From Candidatus Pacearchaeota archaeon (lineage in GTDB: Archaea; Nanobdellota; Nanobdellia; Pacearchaeales; UBA284): DNA of 32,000 nucleotides. The stretch covers positions 270,001-302,000 of the forward strand of contig CP061211.1 in NCBI GenBank assembly GCA_026016245.1, given 5' to 3'. Every line of letters begins with the position of its first letter. Within the stretch, counting starts at the first letter, position 1. Below, one piece after another: positions 31,093 to 32,000 of the stretch. A model generated the notes under the pieces. That model made no database searches and was not told the origin of the DNA. It worked only from the letters and a program-made list of their open reading frames with translations. Position numbers and translations under genes: made by a program.

Positions 31093-32000
31093 TCAGGAAG
31101 TCACATATAAATTTGAATTTTTATCAATCAAGCTAGCTCCCATACCTTTTCCAAACCAATAAGAATTTTGTGATTGCATACTGAATAATAAGTCAAATAA
31201 ACCTATCTCTCTTTGGTATTCCTTTATATTTACCTTTATTTCTAATTGTTCTTCAATATAATTTATTGCCTCTTCTTTTGTTCCTAACTGATCAACTAAA
31301 CCAAGATCTTTAGCTTCCTTGCCTAGATAAAACATTCCGTCAGCTAATTCTCTAACTTGTTCTTCTGTCATTCCCCTATTTTGAGCAACTTCTTTTACAA
31401 AGTCTTCATAAATAATATCAAGTTTTTTCAGGATCATTTCCCTCTCTTCATCTGTAAGTTCTCTGAAAGGGCTCATGACATCTTTATGTTCTCCAGAAGT
31501 AAGTTTTTCATAAGTTACATTATATCTTTCAAGCATGCCAGAAATTTCTAAATATGAAGCTATGACTCCTATTGAGCCTGTGAAACTTAGAGGATGTGCT
31601 ATTATATGGTCACAAGCACTTGCAACCCAATATGCTCCTGAAGTTCCTTGTTCTCTTATTAATGCTATGGTCAATTTTTCTTGTCTTGCTTTTTTTATTG
31701 CTTCTGCTATTTCACTTGAAGCAACAGCTGAACCGCCAGGACTGTTGATTTCAAAAATTATTGCCTTGATTTTTGAATCTTTTGTTGCATCTTCAATATA
31801 GGAAACAATCTCATCTGAACTTGCTGCCCTCTGAAGCATAAAATTAAAGCCTCCTGTTGTTGTGATTGTACCTTCTACAGGAATTAAAGCAACATTTTTT
31901 CCAAAATCTCCTTTACCAGCAAAAAGAACAACTATTACAACAAGAGCAATAACAGCGATAATAATTCCTATAACAATATTTCTTCCTTTTCCTCTGCCTC
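31093..32000 (-). CDS. sppA: Signal peptide peptidase SppA (S49 family, 36K type), 5' end beyond window
   Basis: INSPGGSAVASSEIAEAI, EQGTSGAYWVASACDHI (Ser nucleophile region) and FTGSIGVI are present. The frame stays open upstream of the track's Met (31839) to the window edge. That upstream part encodes a TM helix (NIVIGIIIAVIALVVIVVLFAG) and the VALIPVEGTI strand, so the real start is outside the window. Confidence 0.85.
   Translation of the reverse strand, partial: GRGKGRNIVIGIIIAVIALVVIVVLFAGKGDFGKNVALIPVEGTITTTGGFNFMLQRAASSDEIVSYIEDATKDSKIKAIIFEINSPGGSAVASSEIAEAIKKARQEKLTIALIREQGTSGAYWVASACDHIIAHPLSFTGSIGVIASYLEISGMLERYNVTYEKLTSGEHKDVMSPFRELTDEEREMILKKLDIIYEDFVKEVAQNRGMTEEQVRELADGMFYLGKEAKDLGLVDQLGTKEEAINYIEEQLEIKVNIKEYQREIGLFDLLFSMQSQNSYWFGKGMGASLIDKNSNLYVTS

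Noticed and set aside
1-32000. Search for CRISPR arrays, rRNA genes, transposases or integrases
   Set aside because: I saw no regularly spaced direct repeats, no rRNA-like conserved blocks, and no ORF with DDE, tyrosine or serine recombinase motifs. The only repeat-bounded element is the Fic cassette reported above.

Overview
The window is very AT-rich, densely packed and looks archaeal. It resembles a reduced DPANN-type genome, but the lineage call is an inference. Archaeal markers are RFC small and large subunits, an intron-containing tRNA with a bulge-helix-bulge-like structure, a 7S SRP RNA, five tandem class-III-signal (archaeal type IV pilin-like) proteins, an Elp3 homologue, and TATA-like boxes about 25-28 nt upstream of many start codons, which suggests leaderless mRNAs. 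I can support about 35 protein genes, 3 tRNAs (Glu-UUC, intron-bearing Ile-UAU, Leu-UAA) and 1 SRP RNA. Most genes are housekeeping: SerRS, AlaRS, LeuRS, RFC, SSB, DNA ligase, an Obg-like GTPase, SppA, Nudix hydrolases and an MFS transporter. Four items stand out. (1) A translationally coupled B12-binding radical-SAM enzyme and a 239-aa protein with an AlbC-like cyclodipeptide-synthase N-terminal signature sit divergent from a TrmB-like regulator across a perfect 16-bp palindrome. (2) Bacterial-type LeuRS carries an in-frame insert of about 190 aa resembling a YdeN/RBBP9-type serine hydrolase, located at the start of its CP1 editing domain. (3) Bacterial-type AlaRS carries an in-frame HAD-like insert of about 133 aa just before its DTGMG region. 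(4) A single-gene Fic cassette lies exactly between the convergent AlaRS and LeuRS 3' ends. It is bracketed by a 19-bp perfect direct repeat, and the downstream copy preserves a relic AlaRS C-terminus plus stop codon. No CRISPR array, rRNA or transposase was seen. All homology calls come from motif recognition by eye, and no database search was run.
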